Source: an uncultured Actinomycetota bacterium | GTDB lineage: Bacteria > Actinomycetota > Actinomycetes > JAHEKZ01 | DNA: 64,000 nucleotides | Assembly (NCBI GenBank): GCA_963829525.1 | Contig: CAWHIJ010000003.1 | Span: 416,001 to 480,000, forward strand | Reading direction: 5' to 3' | Part shown: positions 29,404 to 39,408 of the stretch, in pieces | Position numbering within the stretch: position 1 is the stretch's first letter | How the letters are laid out: each line of letters starts with the position of its first letter | Notes under the pieces: generated by a model | The model's input: the letters and a program-made list of their open reading frames with translations, nothing else | Database searches by the model: none | What the model was told of the DNA's origin: nothing | Made by a program: the position numbers and the translations under genes

Positions 29404-29732
29404 TGAATCGCGCCGAGCACGAGGTGCAAGCGTACGTCGAGGCCCGACTGCTCGGCGTCCGCTTGCTCACGCTGCGCGCGCGCGTTCTCACGAGAGTGCC
29501 CGCCTCAGCGCACGAGGGCTCGGTGGTGGGCGCTTCCCGCTTGGAGACCTCGAAACCGAAAGAGTTGAGTTCGATAAAGACTCATGCGGGGCCGGGGGAG
29601 TTGGGACAAGCAATCGCCTTGCTGCACCAGAGCTCGAGTGAGTTGCAGGAACTGACAGCTGAGCAGCCGCGTCGCGCGAGGACCAAGACTCGCACGCAAC
29701 CAGGCACCACGCAGCGAGGACCGCGAACATGA
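29403..29732 (+). CDS. Hypothetical protein
   Basis: Translationally coupled at both ends (TGATG, ATGA). Confidence 0.45.
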   Translation: MNRAEHEVQAYVEARLLGVRLLTLRARVLTRVPASAHEGSVVGASRLETSKPKELSSIKTHAGPGELGQAIALLHQSSSELQELTAEQPRRARTKTRTQPGTTQRGPRT

Positions 29733-30028
29733 GACTCGATCCGGTGCAGATCAAGACGGTGCTACAGGGTTTGCCGGGTTGGCAGGTGGAGGACGGCGCG
29801 CTGGTGCGCGGCATCCCGGTGACAGAGGACAGTCGCGGGGCCCTCGTTGAGGCCATCGCAAACGTGGCTGCTGACTTTCCCGCGCAACCAGAGGTGCACC
29901 TACAGCCCGATGTGGTGGTGGTTCGCGTAGGAGATCCGGCGGGATCAGGTGTGACCCCCCGGGACGTCGACCTGGCCGCCGCTATCGACAGCGTGCTCGT
30001 TGGGTCTGCCCGCGACGAAGGCAGCTGA
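29729..30028 (+). CDS. Pterin-4a-carbinolamine dehydratase-like protein (degenerate active site)
   Basis: LQGLPGW, GVTPRDVDLAAAID; HHP motif absent. Confidence 0.65.
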   Translation: MRLDPVQIKTVLQGLPGWQVEDGALVRGIPVTEDSRGALVEAIANVAADFPAQPEVHLQPDVVVVRVGDPAGSGVTPRDVDLAAAIDSVLVGSARDEGS

Positions 30029-30050
30029 ACACTTCGTCGGCGAGAAGCTC

Positions 30051-30620
30051 TCACTCCGACGTGGTTTGGGCTGCCGTCTTCTGTTGTTTCTTGTAGTCGC
30101 GCACCTTCTGCAGCGAGTCGGCGTCCACCACGTCCGCGACCGAGCGGTAGCCCTTCAGCCCGTAGTCGCCAGCGATCGTCTTCCAGCCGCGTGGCCGAAC
30201 GTCGAGTTGTTTGGCGAGCAAGGCCATGAAGATCTTGGCCTTCTGCTTGCCGAAGCCGGGGAGTTCCTGGATACGCGTGAAGAGCGCTGCCCCGGTCATC
30301 GGTTCGGTCCATAGGCGCGTGACGTCGCCGTCGTACTTATCCTCGACGAGTGCCGCGAGATCTTGCAGTCGGGCGGCCATCGATCCGGGGAACCGATGGA
30401 TGGCCGGGGGCAAGCTGCACAGCGCTTTGAACTCGTCCGGGTCCGCGGCGGCGATGGCTGCTGGGTCGAGGGTGCCGAACCGACTGAGCACCTTGTACCC
30501 GCCGCGAAATGCGTGCTCCATGCCGTACTGCTGGTCGAGCATCATCCCGATGACCAGGGCGAACGGGTACTCGTTGAGCACCTGGTCAGCGGCAGGTTCT
30601 CCGGTCATCTGGAATCCCAT
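30051..30620 (-). CDS. HhH-GPD-type base excision repair protein (actinobacterial family)
   Basis: IGMMLDQQ, PAIHRFPGSMA, LPGFGKQKAKIF, RSVADV. Confidence 0.88.
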   Translation of the reverse strand: MGFQMTGEPAADQVLNEYPFALVIGMMLDQQYGMEHAFRGGYKVLSRFGTLDPAAIAAADPDEFKALCSLPPAIHRFPGSMAARLQDLAALVEDKYDGDVTRLWTEPMTGAALFTRIQELPGFGKQKAKIFMALLAKQLDVRPRGWKTIAGDYGLKGYRSVADVVDADSLQKVRDYKKQQKTAAQTTSE

Positions 30621-30690
30621 GGCTGTGATCGTCTCACGACCGAGTGCGTCACCCAGGTGTGCCCTCGAGGAACGGGAATAGCATCGACCA

Positions 30691-31101
30691 ATGACCGATC
30701 CGACTCCGTATCTGCAACTTCCCGGCACCGCTCGTCAAGCGCTCACCTTCTATGGTGCCGTATTCGGCGGCAAGGCTCAGATGCACACATTTGCCGAGTT
30801 TGGCCGCACCGATGGACCGCCCGATGCGATTGCCCACGGGTATCTGACGGACGGACCCGTCGCGGTCTTTGCAGCCGATGTGGCCGGTGACGAGCCCTCG
30901 CTCCGGTGCGAGGGCATCATGCTGTCGCTGCTGGGAACGGCCGATCCAACGACCCTGCGCCGGTGGTTCGCTGGCCTATCCGAGGAAGGCCGGGTCGTCG
31001 ACGAACTGCAGGCGCGAGGTTGGGGAGCCTCTGATGGTCAGGTGATCGACCGCTTCGGCGTCCACTGGCTGATCGGGTTCGAAGGCGACGAGGGCAGCTG
31101 A
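30691..31101 (+). CDS. VOC/PhnB family protein
   Basis: PYLQLPGTARQALTFY..VFGG, WGASDGQVIDRFGVHW. Confidence 0.88.
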   Translation: MTDPTPYLQLPGTARQALTFYGAVFGGKAQMHTFAEFGRTDGPPDAIAHGYLTDGPVAVFAADVAGDEPSLRCEGIMLSLLGTADPTTLRRWFAGLSEEGRVVDELQARGWGASDGQVIDRFGVHWLIGFEGDEGS

Positions 31102-31162
31102 GCCGCCAGCCATTCATGCCGTTTGCTGGACTGCGGACCCGAAGCGGGAGCATCATCTGTAG

Positions 31163-33739
31163 GTGGACCTTCTCGAGCGGGAGGATTTCCTCGCGCTGCT
31201 CGATGAATACGCGCGCGACGCCGCGGGCGGGGACAGCCGGGTCGTCCTGATCGCTGGTGAGGCCGGTGTCGGCAAGACGGCTCTCGTCGAGGAGCTGCAG
31301 CACCGCAGGCCCGATGACCGCTGGCTGTGGGGGGCCTGCGACGGCTCGTTCACGCCGCAGCCGCTCGCGCCGCTTCTCGACGTGGCCGACCAGCTCGGTG
31401 GTGAGCTGGCCGAGCTGTGTCGATCGGCGGAGCCTCCCCGCGGCACGGTGTTCCGGTTGCTCCGCGACGAGCTCACCGTGTCCGATGGCCTCACCGTCCT
31501 GGTTTTCGAGGACGTGCATTGGGCCGACGAGGCGAGTCTGGACCTCATCCAGTTCCTCAGCCGGCGGGTGCGTGACTGCCGCCTGTTGATCCTCACGACA
31601 TACCGGGACGACGCGCTGGTGCGTGACCACCCCCTTCGCGCGCTGCTCGGCGAGGTCGGCACGCATCGGTGGGCGCGGCGGATCTCCCTGCCGACGCTGT
31701 CGCCGGACGCGGTCTCGACGATGGCGTCGGCATATGGCGTTGACGGCGGACCCGTCTATGAGCTCACGGGCGGCAACCCGTTCTACGTCCGTGAGGCGTT
31801 GGCGTCGTCCGGTGACCAGCTGTTGACGTCGGTGCACGACGCGGTCCAGGCGCGCATCTGCCGACTCTCAGCTGAAGGGCGAAACCTCGTCGACTGGGTT
31901 GCCGTGCTGGGGTCGTCCGCGAAGGTCACTGACCTGGAGAAGCTCGCCACCGTCACGCCGGACGTGCTGGACGAGTGCGTCGCCTCTGGCGCCCTCGTCG
32001 CATCTATCGACTCTCTGCGTTTCCGTCACGAGCTGGCCCGCGCAGCGATCGAGTCGGCCCTTCCCGCGCACCGTCGGCGGTCCATGAACCGTGCAGTGCT
32101 CGACGTCCTCGCAGAGCGAGGTGACGTCGACGACGCGCGTCTGGCGCACCACGCTGAGCTCGCCGAGGATGCAGCCGCGGTGCTGATCTACGCACGGCGC
32201 GCCGGTGAGCAAGCTGCCCACCTGGGTTCGCACCGCGAGTCCGCCGCCCAGTTCGAGAGGGCACTGCGTTGGGGGGATGCCGCCGACCCCAGCCTGGTTG
32301 CGACGCTGCGCGACCGAGCGGCTGACGAGTACGGCTTGCTCGACCAGTGGGAGCGTTCAGTCGAGCAGCGCGAGCATGCCATCGAAGCCTGGCGTGAGCT
32401 GGGGAACAGAAGGCGCGAGAGCACCTCACTGCGCAAGCAGTCGCACGCACAATGGCGCCTCTGTGACGGCGAGGCCCACGAGCGTCTCGCGGTCGAGGCG
32501 ATGAAGGTGCTCGACGGTGAGCCAGAGTGTCCCGAGCTCGGCTGGGCGCTCAACGTGAACGCGACCATGCTCATGGCCAACCGGCCGGAGGAGGCAAGGG
32601 GCCTGGCCCAGCGAGCGGTCGCGCTGGCTGACACCTTCGATGACACCGCACTGCTGTCCGATGCCCTCAACACCGTGGCCTGCACGATGTGGGGCGAGGA
32701 GGGCATCCCCCTGTTGCGCCGGTCACTGGAGGTTGCGATCGCCGGTGGTCACGAGAGCCAGACCGGGCGTGCCTACAGCAATCTGCACAGCTTCCTGGTG
32801 GCGCTGTACCGGTTTGCCGAGGCGGAGGAGGTGTTCGCGGACGGGCTCACCTACTGGGAGCTCAAGGACTTCTCCACGTACGAGGCGTGCCTCAAAGGCG
32901 GGCACATCCGCGGTCTCGAACGCCAAGGCCGCTGGGGCGAGGCGCTGCTGCTCGGACGTGAGATCGTCGCGCGGGTGAGGGAGCACCTGTCACCGGTCAA
33001 CCGGCTCAATTCGCTCCAGGGGGTGGGACGCGTGCTCGCCCGCCAGGGAGACCCCGAGGGTGCGGAGATGCTCGACGAGGCGCTCGGACTGGCAAGAACC
33101 TTGGGCTCGAACGACTGGCTGGCAGACTCCCTCCTCGGTTCACTCGAGTGCGCTTGGCTCACAGGTGACGAGGAAACTGCGCGTCAGCTCGCCTCGGAGG
33201 TGTTGGCTCTGATCGGGCCTCTGGACCCCGCTTTCGTCGGGGAAGTGGCGGTGTGGGTCTCCCGCCTGGGTGTTGACTCCAGGGTGGGTACGGTGCCTGC
33301 GCCCTACTTTCTGATCCTCGATGGTCAGCACGCGGCGGGGGCGTCGGAGTTCGCAGGTCTCGGGCTGCACTACGAAGCGGCACTGTCGCTGCTGGACAGC
33401 GGGGAGCCCGAGGCGATGCGCGAGGCGGTCGTCCGGCTGGACGCCCTCGGTGCCACGGCCGCGTCCGCACGAGCCCGTCAGCTGATGCGCCGACAGGGGG
33501 TTGCGGCCATCCCGCGCGGCTCGCGGGCCTCTACCAGGGACGATCCGTTGGGCCTGACCGCTCGCGAACGCGAAGTTCTGTCGCTGGTCTGCGACGGCGC
33601 GTCCAACGCGCAGATCGCCGAGCGGCTGGTGATCTCGGCCAAGACGGTGGACCACCATGTGTCGTCCATCCTCGGCAAGCTCGGCGTGACGAGCCGGGCC
33701 GAAGCCGCCCGGATGGCACTGGCGGCGTCCGCAACATAG
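31163..33739 (+). CDS. Large ATP-binding LuxR family regulator (AAA + TPR-like + LuxR HTH)
   Basis: GEAGVGKT, FEDVHWADEAS, TGGNPFY, FRHEL; C-terminal LTAREREVL...KTVDHHVSSILGKLGV. Confidence 0.92.
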   Translation: MDLLEREDFLALLDEYARDAAGGDSRVVLIAGEAGVGKTALVEELQHRRPDDRWLWGACDGSFTPQPLAPLLDVADQLGGELAELCRSAEPPRGTVFRLLRDELTVSDGLTVLVFEDVHWADEASLDLIQFLSRRVRDCRLLILTTYRDDALVRDHPLRALLGEVGTHRWARRISLPTLSPDAVSTMASAYGVDGGPVYELTGGNPFYVREALASSGDQLLTSVHDAVQARICRLSAEGRNLVDWVAVLGSSAKVTDLEKLATVTPDVLDECVASGALVASIDSLRFRHELARAAIESALPAHRRRSMNRAVLDVLAERGDVDDARLAHHAELAEDAAAVLIYARRAGEQAAHLGSHRESAAQFERALRWGDAADPSLVATLRDRAADEYGLLDQWERSVEQREHAIEAWRELGNRRRESTSLRKQSHAQWRLCDGEAHERLAVEAMKVLDGEPECPELGWALNVNATMLMANRPEEARGLAQRAVALADTFDDTALLSDALNTVACTMWGEEGIPLLRRSLEVAIAGGHESQTGRAYSNLHSFLVALYRFAEAEEVFADGLTYWELKDFSTYEACLKGGHIRGLERQGRWGEALLLGREIVARVREHLSPVNRLNSLQGVGRVLARQGDPEGAEMLDEALGLARTLGSNDWLADSLLGSLECAWLTGDEETARQLASEVLALIGPLDPAFVGEVAVWVSRLGVDSRVGTVPAPYFLILDGQHAAGASEFAGLGLHYEAALSLLDSGEPEAMREAVVRLDALGATAASARARQLMRRQGVAAIPRGSRASTRDDPLGLTAREREVLSLVCDGASNAQIAERLVISAKTVDHHVSSILGKLGVTSRAEAARMALAASAT

Positions 33740-33763
33740 GGAACGCCCTTACCAACATGGGGA
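33732..33763 (+). promoter_or_regulatory. Direct repeat, candidate operator for the LuxR-AAA regulator
   Basis: CAACATAGGGA and CAACATGGGGA, 21-bp period, upstream of TAGCGT -10 at 33797. Confidence 0.5.
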
Positions 33764-33839
33764 GCCGATCCCCTGCCTCCGGCTACCCGGCGTCCGTAGC
33801 GTCCTGGACGTCCGCAGTACCGCATCACGACAGGAGAAA

Positions 33840-34094
33840 ATGATGCCGCTCTACATGGATGTCCACTCGATCGACGGTGGGGTCGCGCTCGACGACGTCG
33901 CCCAGGCCCACATGGCCGACCTGCAGGAGCAGAGCAAGCATGACGTCCGTTACCTGCGCTACTGGGTCTCGGAGGACGAGGGCAAGGTCTTCTGCCTGGT
34001 CGAGGCGCCGTCACCGGAAGCCGCGTCCACCGTCCACCGCGAGGCCCACGGGCTGGTCGCCCAGGACGTGTTCCTGGTCAGGGAGGGGTCATGA
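33840..34094 (+). CDS. DUF4242 / SCO4226-like small metal-binding protein
   Basis: MPLYMDVH, AHMADL, YWVSEDEGKVFCLVEAP, VHREAHG. Confidence 0.88.
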   Translation: MMPLYMDVHSIDGGVALDDVAQAHMADLQEQSKHDVRYLRYWVSEDEGKVFCLVEAPSPEAASTVHREAHGLVAQDVFLVREGS

Positions 34095-34573
34095 GGCGAG
34101 CCGCCGTCGTCGTGGGTCTGGCCGCAGCGACCCTGATGGCGACCACGTTGGTCATCCCTTCCGCGTCCGGGTCGGAGTCACAGTTCGCCGGCGTTCGCCA
34201 AGCGACAGCGTCTCTGCACAGGGTGGCGAAAGCCGAGGCCGCCGGCTACGAGAAGTTCCTTCCTTGCTTCGACTCACCTGGCGTTGGCGGGATGGGTCAG
34301 CACTACGCAGATCTGAACGCCATCGACGGGACGGTTGTCGCGAACCATCCGGAGGTACTCGTCTACGAGCCGCATGGAGACCGCATGCAGCTGGTGGCAG
34401 TCGAGTACGTCGTTCCCCAGACGGCCTGGACCGGCTCTGAGGCTCCGGAGCTGTTCGGTGAGGACTTCCACCAGAACGACACTCTGGGCATCTGGGCGTT
34501 GCACGCCTGGATCTGGCGTCCCAACCCCGGGGGGATGCACGCGGACTTCAACCCGCAGGTAGCGCTCTGCTGA
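34091..34573 (+). CDS. Secreted hypothetical protein
   Basis: Signal peptide; GMGQHY, PEVLVYEP, LVAVEY, LHAWIW..NP.G...DFNP. Confidence 0.8.
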   Translation: MRRAAVVVGLAAATLMATTLVIPSASGSESQFAGVRQATASLHRVAKAEAAGYEKFLPCFDSPGVGGMGQHYADLNAIDGTVVANHPEVLVYEPHGDRMQLVAVEYVVPQTAWTGSEAPELFGEDFHQNDTLGIWALHAWIWRPNPGGMHADFNPQVALC

Positions 34574-34611
34574 CGACGCGCGACCGGGATTGCCGACGTC
34601 CATCTTGCGCT

Positions 34612-34661
34612 CGGTGAGGCTCCGCGAAGGACACGCAAAACTCCTTCGCGGAGGCTCACCG
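34612..34661. terminator. 20-bp-stem hairpin after the operon
   Basis: CGGTGAGGCTCCGCGAAGGA-N10-TCCTTCGCGGAGGCTCACCG (1 mismatch). Confidence 0.65.
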
Positions 34662-34748
34662 TGCTGGACGTGAACGTTGACCTGGCTGCCTGTCACCGAA
34701 CTCCAGCAGCGGTTCCGGGACAGGAGCCGTCGTGGCACCGTAGGTCAT

Positions 34749-35780
34749 GTGAACTCTCCCAACATCGACGTCAGCCGCGGGATCACTGGTCTGCGGCGTG
34801 TTGCGTTCCTGCTCGAGCGCGAGCTGGCCGAGGCGCACCGGGTCAAGGCATTCCGCGCGGCGGCGAACATCCTCGGCTCGCTAGCCCCCGATGACGTCGC
34901 CGGACGAGCCCAGCGCGGCACGCTTACCGACATCGCGGGCATCGGCCCCAAGACGTCGGCGGTGTTCATCGAGAGTGCCCGCGGAGGTGCCCCCACCTAT
35001 CTCGCCGAACTCGAGGCCCACCAGGCCCCGAACCCGGGCGAGGGCGCCAGTCTGCTCACTGCGCTTCGAGGTGACCTGCACATGCACTCGGACTGGAGCG
35101 ATGGGGGAAGCCCGATCCGCGAGATGGCTGTCACGGCCGCCGAGATCGGGCACGACTACGCCGTCCTCACCGACCACTCACCGACGCTGCGAGTCGCGAA
35201 CGGTCTGTCACCGGAGCGCCTGCGCGAGCAGTTGCACGTTGTTGCCCAGCTCAACTCCGAGCTCGCCCCCTTCCGGCTTCTCACCGGGATCGAGGTCGAC
35301 ATCCTCGAGGACGGCAGCATTGACCAGGAGCCCGCATTGCTCGAAAAGCTCGATTTGGTCGTCGCCTCGGTACACAGCAAACTGCGCTCGTCCCGCGAAG
35401 TGATGACTCGTCGGATGGTCACTGCCATCGCGAATCCGTACGTGGACGTCCTGGGTCACTGCACCGGCCGCATGGTCGCTGGGAGCCGCAAACGACCGGA
35501 GTCGGAGTTCGAGGCTGACCTCGTGTTCGAGGCCTGCAGGAAGTTCGGCGTTGCCGTCGAGATCAACTGCCGGCCCGAACGCCTCGACCCGCCCCGACGA
35601 CTGATCCAACAAGCCGTCGACCAGGGGTGTTACTTCTCCATCGACACCGACGCGCACGCACCCGGTCAGCTGGACTGGCAGGCCTACGGCTGTGCGCGTG
35701 CTGCCGAGTGCGGCGTCCCGGCCGAGCGGGTGATCAACACCTGGCCAACTGACGTGCTGTTGCAATGGTGCGCCAGCTAG
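34749..35780 (+). CDS. PHP domain protein with PolX-like N-terminal HhH
   Basis: RVKAFRAAA, GIGPKT, DLHMHSDWSDG, TDHS, GIEVD, DTDAH. Confidence 0.88.
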   Translation: MNSPNIDVSRGITGLRRVAFLLERELAEAHRVKAFRAAANILGSLAPDDVAGRAQRGTLTDIAGIGPKTSAVFIESARGGAPTYLAELEAHQAPNPGEGASLLTALRGDLHMHSDWSDGGSPIREMAVTAAEIGHDYAVLTDHSPTLRVANGLSPERLREQLHVVAQLNSELAPFRLLTGIEVDILEDGSIDQEPALLEKLDLVVASVHSKLRSSREVMTRRMVTAIANPYVDVLGHCTGRMVAGSRKRPESEFEADLVFEACRKFGVAVEINCRPERLDPPRRLIQQAVDQGCYFSIDTDAHAPGQLDWQAYGCARAAECGVPAERVINTWPTDVLLQWCAS

Positions 35781-35804
35781 AGATGGGTTCATTGGGAAGA
35801 CATG

Positions 35805-35839
35805 CAGTGGCGAGGCGTGGAATCCACGCCTCGCCACTG
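35805..35839. terminator. Perfect long hairpin between convergent genes
   Basis: CAGTGGCGAGGCGTGGA-A-TCCACGCCTCGCCACTG. Confidence 0.75.
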
Positions 35840-35884
35840 GTTGTCACACCGATCAGGCAGGTTTCTCCAGATCGGTAAGAGTGG

Positions 35885-36544
35885 TTACTTCACCAGGTCG
35901 GCGACGGTCACAACCTTGCCGAACATCATTCCACCCTCAAATGCCTTGCTCTTCAACTCACCGTTAAGCAGACTTGCGGCACCACGGGTGAGGTGAATGC
36001 CAATTCCGGCGACCCGAGCCTTCGTTGGCGCAGTTTTGTCGTTGTACGTCGGAACCAACGGCGGGTCAAAAACCTTGACTACGAAGACGGCCACAGGGTC
36101 GACTGTGTCACCGTTGATCGAGCGGGCAAAGACCTTCATGCGGTCGAAGTTCACGACGAAGTCGCCGAACTTCATTACCTTGCCGTTGTTGGTGTTGAGG
36201 ACGCGGATGGTTCCTGTGTGAGAAACTCTCCCGCCGGTAACGGCGCCAACCGTTCCTCCGATGGGGTTGTCTTCGAGCGTCAACTTGCTCGGAGTCGTCA
36301 CACTAAAGGTGAACTGCTGGCGTGCCTCGCCACCCTTGCGGATGATGACCGAAGAGGCACCGTTGGTGCCCTTCATCAGGATTCCGTCTGCGGTGAGGTT
36401 GTGCAGAACCTTCGCAGTTGTCGTGATCTCAGTTCGGCCTCCGTAGATGGGGGCAGTGCTGTCGGCCATCGCCGGTGCAGCCACAGTCCCCACGAGTAGC
36501 GTGGAGGCCCCTACGATTGCGAGTACTTTCCTGGAGAGTCTCAT
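35885..36544 (-). CDS. Secreted beta-rich hypothetical protein
   Basis: AAGGAG RBS, signal peptide MRLSRK...APAMA, strongly biased codon usage. Confidence 0.8.
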   Translation of the reverse strand: MRLSRKVLAIVGASTLLVGTVAAPAMADSTAPIYGGRTEITTTAKVLHNLTADGILMKGTNGASSVIIRKGGEARQQFTFSVTTPSKLTLEDNPIGGTVGAVTGGRVSHTGTIRVLNTNNGKVMKFGDFVVNFDRMKVFARSINGDTVDPVAVFVVKVFDPPLVPTYNDKTAPTKARVAGIGIHLTRGAASLLNGELKSKAFEGGMMFGKVVTVADLVK

Positions 36545-36719
36545 CTCAACTCCTTCGAAGTTGCAGATTCGTGGGCTCTGAACCCACACTCCCTGTCTAC
36601 GCCCGCACCTGCAGAGGCAACAGCCCAAAATTGGGTGGGGTCGTGACCTTGGACCCTGTCCCCGCCCTCAGCTGATCTCCTACCGTTGGGCTATCCGAGA
36701 AACTGACGGGGGCAGCCTC

Positions 36720-37472
36720 ATGTCAGAATTTCAATCGGCACGGCACAGACCACCAGCAACAGCGATCCCCGGGGAGGTCGTGGCTTATGCAGTCCGTGCC
36801 TCTCCCGACCTCATCCGGGTCGTGAACGATGAGGGGGTCGTGGTCTACGCCTCAGATGCCGCCGAGGAGATTCTCGACCGTGATCCCAAAGATCTTGTGG
36901 GACAAGGGGTAACCGGCGTCAAAGGCTCGGTTGAGGACCAGACCTTGGACTCTGCGTGCCGGAGGGCACGGGAGGGTCAAAAGACCGTACGCGTGGTCCA
37001 CCGAGCAAAGAAGGGTGACGCGGCACACCGCTGGTGTGAGACGACGATTCGCGTGCTGAGAACGGCTCGCGGCCAGTTTTCGGTTTTGGTCACTCGGCAA
37101 GCCCTGGCCCCGGTCGTTGAGCCGAAACGTGGTTTCGCTGCCAGGGGGAATGCCACGGGTGCCGAGCGCGACGTTGGGCCGAGCGCCGCGGCGGATGCGC
37201 GCCAACTCTGCCGGCACCTCACGGACCGCGAACTGCAGGTGCTCAATTGCCTGGGCGAAGGGTTGTCGGTCGGCGAGGTGGGTCAACGTCTCCACATCCG
37301 GGAGAGCACGGTGCGGGGGCACGTAAAGTGCCTGCTGCACAAGCTGCAGGTGCACTCGCAGCTTCAGGCCGTGCTCGTGGGGATGGAAGGGGGCGTCGTC
37401 CCGAACGGGTTGGCGGTCCTTGAGCGTCGCAACCAGGCGGCTGTGACAGCGTCGATGGCCAATCCACACTAG
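36720..37472 (+). CDS. PAS-domain LuxR family regulator
   Basis: PAS (DLIRVVNDEGVVVYAS..EEILD..P.DLVG) plus LTDRELQVL...TVRGHVKCLLHKLQV. Confidence 0.82.
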   Translation: MSEFQSARHRPPATAIPGEVVAYAVRASPDLIRVVNDEGVVVYASDAAEEILDRDPKDLVGQGVTGVKGSVEDQTLDSACRRAREGQKTVRVVHRAKKGDAAHRWCETTIRVLRTARGQFSVLVTRQALAPVVEPKRGFAARGNATGAERDVGPSAAADARQLCRHLTDRELQVLNCLGEGLSVGEVGQRLHIRESTVRGHVKCLLHKLQVHSQLQAVLVGMEGGVVPNGLAVLERRNQAAVTASMANPH

Positions 37473-37523
37473 ATTCTTCGCTGCCGATCGTCGGCGACTC
37501 ACCGACCACGGCAGAGGTGACCT

Positions 37524-38252
37524 GTGGCTGCTCGACTGGAGTTCCTCGATGCACAGCAGACGCCCATGGGCGTGATCAGCCTGCGTCGCCGTCTTGACCC
37601 AGTGTCTGGTCAGATCGTCTACGAGGCCAAGCTCGACGATGAGTTCTTGATGTCCAGCCTGTTCACTGCCGCTGAGGAGGAAGTTGCTCGGTTGGCGTTG
37701 GCTGAGGTAGACGGCGACGAACTCGATGTTGTCGTTGGCGGGTTAGGCCTCGGCTACACCGCGCACACCGTGCTCACGGACCCCCGCGTTCACTCTCTCA
37801 TCGTCGTTGATGCGCTGGGCCAGGTGATCGACTGGCACCAGCGTCATCTGCTGCCGCTCGGTGATCCCCTGACTTCCGACTCGCGGTGCCGAATGGTCCA
37901 GGGTGACTTCTTCACGCTCGCTGCCGGTGACGGCTTCGACGCCGCTGAGCCCGACCGACGGTTCGACGCGGTGATCGTTGACATCGACCACTCACCCCGC
38001 GAGCTGCTGCATCCGAGCCACGCCGGCTTCTATGAGCCGACCGGCATCCGGCGACTCGCCAGGCACCTGCGCCCAGGTGGTGTATTCAGCCTCTGGTCCA
38101 ACGACCCACCGGACGCTGCATACACCGCAGAGCTCGAAGCCGTCTTCGTCGATGTGCGGGCAGAGGTGGTGCGCTTTGACGGCGCTCTGCCCGATCGCGA
38201 GGCGACGAACACCGTCTATGTCGCGCGGCGTCCGAATGATCCGAATGAGTAG
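37524..38252 (+). CDS. Spermidine synthase-like SAM-binding protein
   Basis: EFLMSS, VVGGLGLGYTA, VDIDHSP, LRPGGVFSLWS. Confidence 0.82.
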   Translation: MAARLEFLDAQQTPMGVISLRRRLDPVSGQIVYEAKLDDEFLMSSLFTAAEEEVARLALAEVDGDELDVVVGGLGLGYTAHTVLTDPRVHSLIVVDALGQVIDWHQRHLLPLGDPLTSDSRCRMVQGDFFTLAAGDGFDAAEPDRRFDAVIVDIDHSPRELLHPSHAGFYEPTGIRRLARHLRPGGVFSLWSNDPPDAAYTAELEAVFVDVRAEVVRFDGALPDREATNTVYVARRPNDPNE

Positions 38253-38257
38253 TGCGG

Positions 38258-39408
38258 CTACTCCTTGACCATGGCGGGATTCGCGGCAACCGCCAGCGCA
38301 GTCAACGCCAGTGCTTTTGCCCCTTCGAGCATCGTCTTGTCGCCCTCGGGGGAGATGCAAGCAGCGGCGAACTCGTGCTGGTGGTTGACCGCTGGATAGC
38401 AGTAGACCGCCATGTCGGCGTGCAGGCCCGGCACCCGTTGGCTCACGTTGCCGAAGTCAGTGGAGCCGCCGAGCTCGTCACCCGCCGGATCGGGGTAGTG
38501 CTCGCGCCCAATGGCCTCGCAGGCTTTGGAGAACGTTTTGACCAGCGCGTCATTGCGCTTGAGGGCCTCGAACACATAGCCGTTGACGGTGATCTCAACG
38601 GTCGTTCCAGTGGCCAGGGCCGCACCCTCCAGGCATGCCCGCACCCGCGTCCGTAAGTCCTCGAGGTCTTCCATCGTCACAGCTCGCAGATAGTAGGACG
38701 CCTCGGCGCGCTCAGGGATCACGTTGGGGGCCTTGCCGCCGTCGACGATGACACCGTGCACCTGCTGCCACTTTCGGAATGACTGCCGGAGCAGTGAGAT
38801 GTTGTTGTACCCGGCAATGACTCCGTCCAGTGCGTTGAGGCCAAGCTCGGGAGAGCCAGACGCGTGGGACGCCTTGCCGTGGTTCACGACGACCCACTCT
38901 TCGCACGCCAGCGCCGCGGGACCGTAGTCGTCGAAGGGTGACGGATGCATCATCATCGCAGCATCCGCGTCATCGAAGGCGCCAGCATTAATCAGTTCGA
39001 CCTTGCCGCCGCCGACCTCCTCGGCGTGAGTGCCGAGCACTGTGAGACGCATGTTCGCGGCGTCCAGCAGCGGTGCCAGCGCGATTCCAGCTCCGAGGCC
39101 CGAGGCGGCGATGATGTTGTGGCCGCAGGCGTGCCCGACACCAGGCAGCGCGTCGTACTCAGCGCAGATGATCACGTGCGTATCACCGCTGCCCAGCCGT
39201 GCCGCAAAGCTAGTGGGTAGTCCGTAGGCGGTGCGTTCGACGCTGAATCCGTGCTGCTCCAGCAGGTCGGCACAGCGCGCCGCCGCTCGATGCTCTTCAT
39301 AGGAGAGCTCGGGGTCGGCTGACAGCTCATGGGAAAGTGCGACGAGTGGTCGGCAATCGCGGCAGTGTTGGCGGTGACTGCAGTGACATCTTCGGGTGTG
39401 AACGCCAT
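38258..39408 (-). CDS. M20 family amidohydrolase (PM20D2/AbgB-like); -1 frameshift near 39347
   Basis: AEYDALP.VGHACGHN, AEEVGGGK, SHAS, GGSTDFGNVS; N-terminus (LVALSHELSADPELSYEEH) continues upstream to ATG 39408 after one missing base. Confidence 0.88.
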
